From an uncultured Gammaproteobacteria bacterium (lineage in GTDB: Bacteria; Pseudomonadota; Gammaproteobacteria; CAVYTG01), in the NCBI GenBank assembly GCA_963771515.1, contig CAVYTG010000001.1, positions 105,820-169,819 of the forward strand: DNA of 64,000 bases. Reading direction: 5' to 3'. Numbering within the stretch: position 1 is the first letter of the stretch; each line of letters begins with the position of its first letter. The notes under the pieces are model-generated. The model worked only from the letters and a program-made list of their open reading frames with translations, was not told where the DNA came from and made no database searches. Shown here one piece after another: positions 17,629 through 26,908 of this stretch. The translations under genes were made by a program, and so were the position numbers.

Positions 17629-18825
17629 ATGAATTTATCCAACTATGATGTAGATGAAAAAAGAGGTTTTTTACCTTCTTATAATCCATTAAGAAAATTA
17701 CCCGACAAATATAAAGCTTGGGATGAATGTATAAAGCATTTACCTAAATATTTAATATCGGGGCATGTAAGAAAACATTTAGATTTATTGCCGACTTTAT
17801 CGATAGAAGAACTCGATGATGAGCCTAAGCTAAACAGAGCTATGTTGCTTCTTTCATATTTTGGTCATGCTTATGTTTGGGGAGAAAATAAGGCAGCCGA
17901 TACCATTCCTGCGAATATTGCAAAACCTTGGGTTGCTGTCTCAGAAAAATTAGGTCGTCCGCCTGTATTATCTTATGCTTCTCACGCGCTAAATAATTGG
18001 TATCTTGAAGATAACGAAAAACCTATTGAGCTAGGAAATATTGTGAGAATGCACAATTTTGAAGGGGGATTTGATGAAGATTGGTTTGTATTAATTCATA
18101 TTGCAATAGAAGGCGTTGCTCCGCCAGCGATTAAGGCAATTATTAATTTACAAGACCATGTTAAAACGTCTGATCCGAAATCTGCTTTAGCGAGTTTGAC
18201 AATTTTATCTGAGCAGATTGATAAAATAGTGAAAATCCTTAAAAGAATGCCAGAGAACTGTGACCCTTATATATATTACCATCGCGTTAGAAGGTTTATT
18301 TTTGGGTGGATGGGCAACCCTGTCATTCCTGAAGGTGTTTACTACGATGGTGTCGAAAAATGGAATGGAAAACCTCAACAATTTAGAGGAGAAACAGGGG
18401 CTCAAAGCTCAATTATTCCATGTCTTGATGCTGGGCTTGGTTTAGAGTTTGATCCTAATAGCCCTTTATATAAGCACTTAATAGAATTAAGAGATTACAT
18501 GCCTCCTTTACATCGACAGCTTGTTATTGACCTGGAAAAAGCAGAGAAACAGAACTCTGTTAGGGTATTTATCAAAAATAATGCAAAAAATTATCCGAAA
18601 CTTATTGACCTTTACAATGAATGTTTGGAAGGCATTTATCAGTTTAGGCTACAACATTTAAATTTTGCAAAAGCCTATATAAACATTCAAGCAGAAAGAG
18701 CTTCTAGCCCTGTCAATGTTGGAACAGGGGGCACCCCCTTTATAAAATATCTTGGGGATCATTGTGATGAAGTATTAAAACAAAAATTGACCCATGTTCA
18801 TCAAGATGAATTAGTTCAAGCCTGA
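17629..18825 (+). CDS. Indoleamine 2,3-dioxygenase (IDO)-family heme dioxygenase homologue
   Basis: Collinear with human IDO1 from memory: YDVDEKRGFLPSYNPLRKLPDKYKAWDECIKHLPKYL against [42 protein letters not shown] against MAYVWG; RGETGAQSSIIPCLDAGLG against AGGSAGQSSVFQCFDVLLG; LRDYMPPLHRQ against MRRYMPPAHRN; GTGGTPFIKYL against GTGGTDLMNFL. Confidence 0.75.
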   Translation: MNLSNYDVDEKRGFLPSYNPLRKLPDKYKAWDECIKHLPKYLISGHVRKHLDLLPTLSIEELDDEPKLNRAMLLLSYFGHAYVWGENKAADTIPANIAKPWVAVSEKLGRPPVLSYASHALNNWYLEDNEKPIELGNIVRMHNFEGGFDEDWFVLIHIAIEGVAPPAIKAIINLQDHVKTSDPKSALASLTILSEQIDKIVKILKRMPENCDPYIYYHRVRRFIFGWMGNPVIPEGVYYDGVEKWNGKPQQFRGETGAQSSIIPCLDAGLGLEFDPNSPLYKHLIELRDYMPPLHRQLVIDLEKAEKQNSVRVFIKNNAKNYPKLIDLYNECLEGIYQFRLQHLNFAKAYINIQAERASSPVNVGTGGTPFIKYLGDHCDEVLKQKLTHVHQDELVQA

Positions 18826-18872
18826 TTTGGCGTACCCTAATCTAAAATTGCTTATAGGCTCACAAATAATTT

Positions 18873-19850
18873 TTGAGGTTTATGATGGACCACTATCGTT
18901 CTTTTATTGATACCTGGGATAACTATGCCACGGTAAGATCTAGACCAAGACGGCTAATAGATGCTAACCATGTTCATGAAGTTTATCATTATCCCATTTC
19001 TCGAATGCCTGTTGCTGTGCATCCCATTGTTGCTGCAAAAGGAGATTCTTTTTTAAAGAAAATGCTTGCTCAAGCCTGTGTTTTTTACTTGAAATCGATT
19101 GCAAGTCTTGAAACAGAAGTCATAAATAAAGCTGCTTTAACACTCATCAATGGAAATTTATCTCATATAATACCTGAGCCTTTAAAGCTAGACCTACTCA
19201 GCATAGTTGTAGATGAAGCCTATCATGCGCATGTCGCCAGAGATTATAGTTTGCAGTTAAAAAATTTATTAGATTTACCTGATGTTTATGCAAATATTTA
19301 TTCAGATTTAGGCCATTCAATCACCAAGCATATGAGTGATTTAAAGCCTGACTGTCAAGATGACTTTCTGGTCATAGCCGTATGTATAGGGGAACACACT
19401 TTAACCCCAGAAATAGCGAGTATGGGGCGCGAGGAAAATGTTGCTTCAAGTTTTACTGGCCTGATGAAAGACCATGTTACAGATGAAGGTCGTCATGCAA
19501 CCTTATTTAAGCATGTTCTGAAATTAGTTTGGGCAAACTTAACTCTGATAAAAAAGCAATCTATTTCAAAAGTATTACCTCATTTTGTCAAAGAATATCT
19601 ATCTGAAAGCTATGCTAAAAAATTTATAAAAGATTTGCTCTTACACGAAAAAATCAGTGAACAAGAGGTCGATAAAATCATGAAAGAAAGTTTTCATCAA
19701 TGTTACTTAGGCGAAAACAATAGTTCTTTCAGAAATATTTGTAAATTGTTTCAGTCTTCAAGTTTATTGGATGACCCTTTATTGGTATCAGAATTTCAAA
19801 AAAATCGTATAGACATAGGAATTGAGAAGTGCGTAGACTCAACTTTATAG
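18873..19850 (+). CDS. Ferritin-like diiron-carboxylate oxygenase candidate (AurF/CmlI-like N-oxygenase or heme-oxygenase-like diiron oxidase)
   Basis: Two E-x(~30)-[DE]ExxH pairs: ...LETE...(x33)...DEAYHAH and ...GEHTL...(x28)...DEGRHAT. 325 aa, no TM. Assignment rests on motif spacing only. Confidence 0.35.
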   Translation: MRFMMDHYRSFIDTWDNYATVRSRPRRLIDANHVHEVYHYPISRMPVAVHPIVAAKGDSFLKKMLAQACVFYLKSIASLETEVINKAALTLINGNLSHIIPEPLKLDLLSIVVDEAYHAHVARDYSLQLKNLLDLPDVYANIYSDLGHSITKHMSDLKPDCQDDFLVIAVCIGEHTLTPEIASMGREENVASSFTGLMKDHVTDEGRHATLFKHVLKLVWANLTLIKKQSISKVLPHFVKEYLSESYAKKFIKDLLLHEKISEQEVDKIMKESFHQCYLGENNSSFRNICKLFQSSSLLDDPLLVSEFQKNRIDIGIEKCVDSTL

Positions 19851-22800
19851 TCAGAGGAGAATCAAATTTTACGCTTAGGTGTATCCAGGCGCTCTCTGAT
19901 CTCGGTCATAATATATTATGCCTTGAAACCGAAAATGTAAAAATTCTAGAATTTGCATCTAAAGAAAACATAGATAGTGTTCAGCCTAGTGAGCAATCAA
20001 AAACCCAGGATACAAACAGTATCTATGTTTCAATAGATGCTCTCGGCGACCCTTCTCATCCTTTAAATAATATAGCGTGTCATATTCGACTACATAGGGT
20101 TGAACCTGAAGATAATAAAAATAAAAGCTACTGGAGCGTTGACTTAAAAAATAATGTTTATTTAAAACAACCTCCCCAAGATCTGCTCGCGGATGAAGAT
20201 GAGCTTTTAACAAATTTAGAGTTTATCATCAATCAATTTGCCAGATTAGGACTTCATGATCCTGGTCTAAAAGAAGCAAGTTCAAATAACTTTGTCACAG
20301 AAATCCCTATTGCTTCAGAGCTTGATTATAGATATATATTAGGAGGATTATTATTTTTTATTTCTCTATTTAAAAAAGAAGAACTCATAGAATTAACCCT
20401 TCCTGTCAATGATATGGGTTTCTTCTATCCAGATTTCCAAGGAAAACTTCAAAAAGCTGAAAAGTATGAGATTAATTTAAGCCAAGTACACACCCCTTCT
20501 CATTTGCTTTCAGTCGTAGATCAAACGCTCCAGGATTTTAAAGGAAATCATAATCTTTTTTGTCTCTCCAGTTGCCTATACTTTAAATTCGATGTTGAGG
20601 ATACCCAAAAATTGGGTTTATATCTCTCAACATTTAATAAACTATTTTTATTACATAAGGGGCAAAAAAAACAAGACATACAGAATCTTATCCGCCTTTT
20701 CAGGCTGATTTATGAGGCTATTTCAAGTGTGCAAAACCTAGATTGCTCGCTTAATGATCTCAACTTAGTTGATTTGGATACCATAAAATTTTTAAGTCAA
20801 ATAGGTGGCTTTACTCACTACCACCCGCCCCAAGCAGAAGAAACAATTATTTCTGCTATTTCAAAAAACATTAAAAATTATCCTGATCACATTGCAATTG
20901 AATATAGTGATCAGTCATTAACCTACGAAGCGCTGGGGAAGCTTTCTGTCCATTTATCTAAGCAAATTTCAAAAAAACTAGGTCCCGTAAAATCTGCAAA
21001 GATTATTCTTTGTGTTGAAAGAGGAATTAATCTGGTTGCTACCATTTTAGCAATCTGGCGCTTAGGACATGCGTATGTTCCGGTTGCTTTAGATTTCCCA
21101 GAAGAAAGAATGCTTGAAATTATTCAGCAATTAAACGAACCTCTTATAATTACTGATCATAATCGAGCTGATTTTTTTACACACTATCCTAATTTTATCA
21201 ATTTATCTACGTTAGCATTAGAAAAAAGGAATGATCTTGATTTGAGCCAAGAAGAGCTCATGACAGGAATCTCTGGTGATGATCTTGCTTATATCATCTA
21301 TACCTCTGGTTCTACAGGGGCTCCCAAAGGCGTTATGATGCATCATAAAGGTGCACTTAACATGATACAATGGACTGTAGAAAACTACCCCATTACTTCA
21401 AAGGATAAAGTGATACAAATGGCATCCTTTGCTTTTGATTTTTCAGTCTGGGAAATGATGTCGGCTCTTACCTCAGCTGCTTGCTTGGTTCTCACAGAAG
21501 AGAAAAAATATAGAGATCCAAGGTATTTAGTCAATCTAATAAGAGAAAAACAAATTACGATTCTTGGATGTGTGACTTCTTTGTTTCGATATCTGTTAGA
21601 TGAACCTGGATTCTCTCAATGCACTAGCTTAAAACGAATAGTAGTCGGTGCTGAACCTTTAACTCTTTCTATAAAAAATAAACTGTACGAAATTCACCCT
21701 CATGTCACCTTATATCATGGTTATGGACCAACTGAAACAGCGATAACATCTGTTCATTGGGAATGTCCAAATACTTATAACCATTTAGATATACCGATTG
21801 GAAAGCCCATAGCGAACACCAAAGTTGCTGTAGTCTCTGAATCTCTTAAAATACTACCACCAGGGTTGCCTGGTGAGCTCCTAATTGGTGGCATTGGTGT
21901 AGGGCGAGGGTATCTCAATCAAAGTGATCTTACAAACCAAAAATTTATTCATTTAAATATCTTAGGAGATACCGATTTATTTTATAGAACGGGTGATATC
22001 GTTCGGTGGAGTGGCAATCATTTAATTTTTGTTGGTCGTAAAGATCAAATGATAAAGTTACATGGCCTGCGCATAGAGTTAGAGGAAATTGAAAAGGCGA
22101 TGGAATCTCTAGCTTATATCAAGGCAGCTGCTGTTAAATTTCATAAAAATGAAAAACGAGCTTCGCTTATCGGATATTTTATTGTAGAACCGTCCCAACT
22201 GACTAAAAATGAAAATTTAACCCAAAAGCATTTAAATTTATGGAAAAATTTTTATGATGATTCGTACAAAGATTCACACAATCGACATGAAACAACATTT
22301 AATACCGTTGGTTGGAAAAGCACTTTTACAAATCAGGAATATTCCTCTGATTTGATGAAAGAATGGAGGGATGAAATTGTAGAATTAATCCTAGGATACA
22401 ACCCTAATAACGTTCTTGAAATTGGTTGCGGAACAGGTCTTATTTACCATGCTCTAAAAGGAAAAATCAAAAAATATATTGGAATAGATTATGCTCAAGT
22501 CATTATTGACAGAATGCTGAGCACAGAAGCTGCTGAGATAGAATTAGGAAAAAGCAACTTTTTCCACTGCTCCGCCAATAAGATAGAAAAAATTAAGCCT
22601 CTTTTGGATAATGCGCTCCCCATTGACTGTGTCGTGATTAATTCTGTTGTCCAGTATTTCCCTAGCACTGAGTTTCTAGAAAACGTCTTAGATAAGATTA
22701 TAAAATACATAAATCCTAACTATATTGTTTTAGGAGACATATTGGATTTTAGAACAAACAAACTTTTTTATGAAAAAGAATATTCTGTTAAGAAAGAACT

Positions 22801-25800
22801 GGGGCATATTTCCCTTTCAAAAACAGAGTTTATACAAAATCGCTTAAAGACAGAAAAAGAACTTTTTATTCATCCAGTTTTTTTCATAGACTTTGCTAAA
22901 AAAAATCGTGCACTACAATCCATTGGTCTATTTCCTAAAATGGGTGTTGGAAGTACCGAGATGAATCAATTCAGATATAATGTTGTACTATCCACTCAAC
23001 ATGGAAGCAAGATAAAAGCAAATTCTATACTATGCAAAAATCCTCTGGAAATAAAAAAGCAAATTCAAACCCAAGCACTCATTAAAACGGATAACCATTG
23101 GCTAAATTGTACTGATGGTTCTCATCATACCAGGCGTTTACCTAAAGAAATACAGCTTGAAATGAAACAAAGTGGTCTAGATGTAAATATTGTACTTGAC
23201 CCGTTAACGCCAGAATATCTCTATATCATTAAAGATGAAAATTTTGGTCACTTGCAAAGTCTAGATTCACAAAATCTACGCTCAGAAGGGAAAAATGTTA
23301 TTCACTATTCCAATGTAACTTCTCTATTAAAAGAAGAAGTAATCTCAAAAGTAATATTCGAAGACTTACAAAAAAAATTACCACACTATATGATTCCAAG
23401 CCTTTTTAAACAGCTTGAAGTATTTCCGATGACCTCGAGTGGTAAAGTTGACAAGAAGCGTTTACCTACCATTATAGAACTTGAAGCTGCGCTATCTGAT
23501 AATCCAGAAGAAGCAAAATTACAAAAAATTCTTTCAGAAGCCATCGGAATAAAATCAATAGGAATAGATGAAAATTTCTTCTCTTCAGGTGGAAATTCCT
23601 TATCAGCGATTAATGCAGTGTACAAAATTACAGAAAATTTTGACGTGGATTTCTTTGTTAAAGATTTATTCGAATTTGATTCTGCAAAAAAAGTTGCTCA
23701 ATTTATAAAAGATAATAGAAAAAATAAAGTAACCAAAATAAAAAAGCAGCCCTTTGAGCGTTATTCTGATTTTCTTTTAACCCATGCACAAAATAGGTTG
23801 TGGTTCCTACATAAACTTGATGAGCAAAAATCTAGCGCATATAACGTACCTCTGTTAATAAAATTAAACGGACATCTAAATATTAAAAAGCTTAAGGATT
23901 CCATCAATACACTTATTTCAAAACATGATGCTTTAAGATTAATCTTTATTGATAAAAAAGGAATAGCATTCCAGAAAATTTTAGAGAAATATGAGATTGA
24001 GCTGCCTGTTGTCGACTTTCCTTCCCATCAAGCTACTTTAAAAGGAATCAACGATGTCATTAATCAGCCTTTTAAGTTAGATACAACCCCCCCCATTAGG
24101 TTTACTATATTCACAAAGAATAATTTAGCCCAATACCTGGTTATTGTAATACATAATATCATAACAGACGGTTGGTCTATGTCGTTACTTATTGATCAGC
24201 TTTATAAAATCTATAACGACCAGGAGGAAGCTTTTCAAGCTCATAATCCTTTAGGATTTATACAAGAATATTTACCATTTACTTCCAATAAACCCAAAAG
24301 CTATTACTTAGAAGGCATAAATTACTGGAAAGAATACTTAAATAATTTTGTGGAATTAAACTTCCCTTATCCTTATAAAAACGTAAAAAAAGTAGAAAAT
24401 CATTTAGAGTCAAAAAGGGAAACTTTATCAGGCGAAACGATAAGTAATATATATCAGGTAGCAAGCCATTATAACGTTTCACCTTTTGCCATTATTAAAT
24501 CCACTTTTGCTGTTTTGCTGAATAAATACACGCAACAAGAAGACATTGTTTTTGGTTCAGTATTGTCAAATAGGGAGCTACAGTCTTTAAAAGATGTTAT
24601 TGGATTTATGGTGAATACAGTCGTATTTCGGTATAAACTTGACGAAGCCACGATCTTTAAAGATTTAATAGTTCAGGCTCAAAACTCTACGAGGTTGGCA
24701 TATAGCTATCAAGATATTCCCTTTGAAGATGTTGTTAAACAAGTGACAAAATCTCGTTGCTTGAACAAAACCCCAATTTTTCAATTTATGTTTATTTCAC
24801 AAGACGTGAGTGAGATAAACACCCTGAAGCTTGGAGAATGCTACTGTAAAGTAGTGCCATCAGCGCCAAATCAAGCAATGTTTGCAATGACTTTCAATTA
24901 TGTTCTTACAAAAAAGGACCTAAAGGTTGATATTTACTATGATGCTTCTCTTTTCTCTCCGACTTCAATTGACCATTTTTTAGCAAATTTTTTCCATTTA
25001 CTAAAAACATTGTTAAATAACCCCTTGGGGCTGATCGAAAAGGTTTCTATCGTTTCTGAACATGAAAGGAACTTGCTATTAACTCAGTATAATCCTAAGC
25101 CTGATAGAAATCTCGTCAATAAATTAGTTTACCCCTTGTTTCATGAAGCTGCGTATGAAAATTTAGATAGAATAGCCTGTTTAGATGAAACAGGCAGTAC
25201 TACGTACAAAGCGCTATTATCCCAGGTTAATAAGTTTTCTAATATTCTTTCTGTCCCAACAAATGTTGCTACGGCAGCCATTATTTCGACTCCTGGTATC
25301 TTATCAACCGCGCTTGCATTGGCTTGCTTAAAATGTGGTATTACTATTGTTTTTATAGACCCAAGTCTACCTGCTAGCCGAATAGAATATATGCTTAAAG
25401 CATCCAAAACCGATATTTTATTTTCTCATGAATTAAATAATGCTATAACGATTCCAAAAAACATTCAGTGTTACCATTTTGCTCACGATGAAACAGTAGC
25501 AAGTACAGAAAAAGGCTTTAATATTGTAAAGGAGGTTACACCTGATCATTGCGCATACATTGTGTTTACTTCTGGAACAACAGGAGCGCCAAAAGCTGTA
25601 CAAGTGTTACAGCGTAATCTTGCTAATGCAATTTTGCATTTTAGAAAAGTACTTAATATGGGCCAACTTGATAAAGTATTAAGTATGACACGCCCCAGTT
25701 TCGATATTTTTTATTTAGAGATGCTCCTTCCCATTATATCAGGGTCTAGTGTTCAATTTATGCACCCAGATTTGAGTATTGACCCATCTGAAATCATTAA

Positions 25801-26893
25801 AAATATAAGTAACTTTGAACCCACCCTCATTCAAGCAACGCCCTCTAGATGGGAGTTAATACGCGCTGAATATATTTCGAAAGAAAAAAACTTTCATGTT
25901 CCTAAAATACTAACTGGTGGGGAACCTCTTTCACATCAACTGCTAACATTTTTATACAGTCAATCTGATCTATTGCTGAATGTTTATGGTCCCAGTGAAA
26001 CCACAATCTGGTCAACTGAATATAAATTCGGTAATGTGAGTCAAATTATATCCATAGGCAAACCTATATCAAATACAGAATGTTATATTTTAGATAAACA
26101 CAAGAACATAATACCAATAAATGCGATAGGGGAGCTATATATCGGTGGAGAAGGCGTAACCAAAGGCTATCTGAATGACACTTTAAAAAATAAAGCAGCT
26201 TTTTTCAACATAAGATTAGACAATGAAAATAAATATTTATATAAAACAGGAGATTTAGCTTCTTGGGATGAAGAAGGGAATTTACTATTTCATGGAAGAG
26301 TAGATAAGCAGATAAAAATAAGAGGATACCGTATTGAACCCGGTGAAATACTATTTTATTTAAAAAAATATCCAAGCGTTGAACATGCCCATGTTTTATT
26401 TCAAAAAGATCAGTCAACCTTGTGTGCCTTTATTAAGGTAAAAAAGAGCTATGAAGATCAATTCAATACTTCACAACTGAATGCTTTTTTGAAGCAAGAA
26501 TTACCCGAATATATGATTCCTTCCCATTATTATATCGTTGAAAATATACCGTTAAGTGTTAATGGAAAGGTAGACGAATTTGCTTTGAATAACTTGAGAG
26601 AAAAACAGTCTTATCAAGAGGTAAAAAATATTAAATTACCTTCCAATGATTTACAAAGCAAGCTTTGTACGATTTGGCAAAACGCTTTAAATATAGATGA
26701 ATTTAGCGTAGACAGCAGCTTCTATGAATTAGGAGGACATTCTCTTTTGGCGCCCAAGATTGTCTGGGAAATTAATGCGATATTTGGCTGTGATTTAACC
26801 ATAAGAAACTTTATTACGAACAATACCATAGAAAAATTGGCCATTTTTATAAAAGATAGGCAGGTTACTATGGTTGCCTCTGAAGTAGATTAA
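19829..26893 (+). CDS. Bimodular nonribosomal peptide synthetase: unknown N-terminal ~330-aa region, then A (with embedded N-methyltransferase), T, C (HNxxxDG), A, T; no TE/R domain
   Basis: Module 1 A motifs: LTYEALG, LAYIIYTSGSTGAPKGV, FDFSVWE, YGPTETAI, GELLIGGIGVGRGYLN, YRTGDIVRW, GRKDQMIKLHGLRIELEEIE; MT insert VLEIGCGTGL; then LPHYMIPS and SGKVDKKRLP. T1 is FFSSGGNSLSAI. C has HAQNRLWFL and IHNIITDGWS. Module 2 A motifs: YIVFTSGTTGAPKAV, NVYGPSETTI, GELYIGGEGVTKGYLN, YKTGDLASW, GRVDKQIKIRGYRIEPGEI, NGKVDEFAL. T2 is LGGHSLLAPKI. Its start overlaps the upstream gene by 22 nt. Confidence 0.9.
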   Translation: MRRLNFIVRGESNFTLRCIQALSDLGHNILCLETENVKILEFASKENIDSVQPSEQSKTQDTNSIYVSIDALGDPSHPLNNIACHIRLHRVEPEDNKNKSYWSVDLKNNVYLKQPPQDLLADEDELLTNLEFIINQFARLGLHDPGLKEASSNNFVTEIPIASELDYRYILGGLLFFISLFKKEELIELTLPVNDMGFFYPDFQGKLQKAEKYEINLSQVHTPSHLLSVVDQTLQDFKGNHNLFCLSSCLYFKFDVEDTQKLGLYLSTFNKLFLLHKGQKKQDIQNLIRLFRLIYEAISSVQNLDCSLNDLNLVDLDTIKFLSQIGGFTHYHPPQAEETIISAISKNIKNYPDHIAIEYSDQSLTYEALGKLSVHLSKQISKKLGPVKSAKIILCVERGINLVATILAIWRLGHAYVPVALDFPEERMLEIIQQLNEPLIITDHNRADFFTHYPNFINLSTLALEKRNDLDLSQEELMTGISGDDLAYIIYTSGSTGAPKGVMMHHKGALNMIQWTVENYPITSKDKVIQMASFAFDFSVWEMMSALTSAACLVLTEEKKYRDPRYLVNLIREKQITILGCVTSLFRYLLDEPGFSQCTSLKRIVVGAEPLTLSIKNKLYEIHPHVTLYHGYGPTETAITSVHWECPNTYNHLDIPIGKPIANTKVAVVSESLKILPPGLPGELLIGGIGVGRGYLNQSDLTNQKFIHLNILGDTDLFYRTGDIVRWSGNHLIFVGRKDQMIKLHGLRIELEEIEKAMESLAYIKAAAVKFHKNEKRASLIGYFIVEPSQLTKNENLTQKHLNLWKNFYDDSYKDSHNRHETTFNTVGWKSTFTNQEYSSDLMKEWRDEIVELILGYNPNNVLEIGCGTGLIYHALKGKIKKYIGIDYAQVIIDRMLSTEAAEIELGKSNFFHCSANKIEKIKPLLDNALPIDCVVINSVVQYFPSTEFLENVLDKIIKYINPNYIVLGDILDFRTNKLFYEKEYSVKKELGHISLSKTEFIQNRLKTEKELFIHPVFFIDFAKKNRALQSIGLFPKMGVGSTEMNQFRYNVVLSTQHGSKIKANSILCKNPLEIKKQIQTQALIKTDNHWLNCTDGSHHTRRLPKEIQLEMKQSGLDVNIVLDPLTPEYLYIIKDENFGHLQSLDSQNLRSEGKNVIHYSNVTSLLKEEVISKVIFEDLQKKLPHYMIPSLFKQLEVFPMTSSGKVDKKRLPTIIELEAALSDNPEEAKLQKILSEAIGIKSIGIDENFFSSGGNSLSAINAVYKITENFDVDFFVKDLFEFDSAKKVAQFIKDNRKNKVTKIKKQPFERYSDFLLTHAQNRLWFLHKLDEQKSSAYNVPLLIKLNGHLNIKKLKDSINTLISKHDALRLIFIDKKGIAFQKILEKYEIELPVVDFPSHQATLKGINDVINQPFKLDTTPPIRFTIFTKNNLAQYLVIVIHNIITDGWSMSLLIDQLYKIYNDQEEAFQAHNPLGFIQEYLPFTSNKPKSYYLEGINYWKEYLNNFVELNFPYPYKNVKKVENHLESKRETLSGETISNIYQVASHYNVSPFAIIKSTFAVLLNKYTQQEDIVFGSVLSNRELQSLKDVIGFMVNTVVFRYKLDEATIFKDLIVQAQNSTRLAYSYQDIPFEDVVKQVTKSRCLNKTPIFQFMFISQDVSEINTLKLGECYCKVVPSAPNQAMFAMTFNYVLTKKDLKVDIYYDASLFSPTSIDHFLANFFHLLKTLLNNPLGLIEKVSIVSEHERNLLLTQYNPKPDRNLVNKLVYPLFHEAAYENLDRIACLDETGSTTYKALLSQVNKFSNILSVPTNVATAAIISTPGILSTALALACLKCGITIVFIDPSLPASRIEYMLKASKTDILFSHELNNAITIPKNIQCYHFAHDETVASTEKGFNIVKEVTPDHCAYIVFTSGTTGAPKAVQVLQRNLANAILHFRKVLNMGQLDKVLSMTRPSFDIFYLEMLLPIISGSSVQFMHPDLSIDPSEIIKNISNFEPTLIQATPSRWELIRAEYISKEKNFHVPKILTGGEPLSHQLLTFLYSQSDLLLNVYGPSETTIWSTEYKFGNVSQIISIGKPISNTECYILDKHKNIIPINAIGELYIGGEGVTKGYLNDTLKNKAAFFNIRLDNENKYLYKTGDLASWDEEGNLLFHGRVDKQIKIRGYRIEPGEILFYLKKYPSVEHAHVLFQKDQSTLCAFIKVKKSYEDQFNTSQLNAFLKQELPEYMIPSHYYIVENIPLSVNGKVDEFALNNLREKQSYQEVKNIKLPSNDLQSKLCTIWQNALNIDEFSVDSSFYELGGHSLLAPKIVWEINAIFGCDLTIRNFITNNTIEKLAIFIKDRQVTMVASEVD

Positions 26894-26908
26894 TAATATT
26901 GGTGAAGT

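Noticed and set aside
19829-20800. Possible formyltransferase (F) starter domain at the NRPS N-terminus (the pattern LNFIVRGESNFTLRCIQALSDLGHNILCLETEN loosely resembles the Fmt N-terminus)
   Set aside because: The catalytic Fmt motif (N-x-H-x-SLLPxxRG) is not present in the following 150 aa. The resemblance is too weak to call, so the region is left as unknown.
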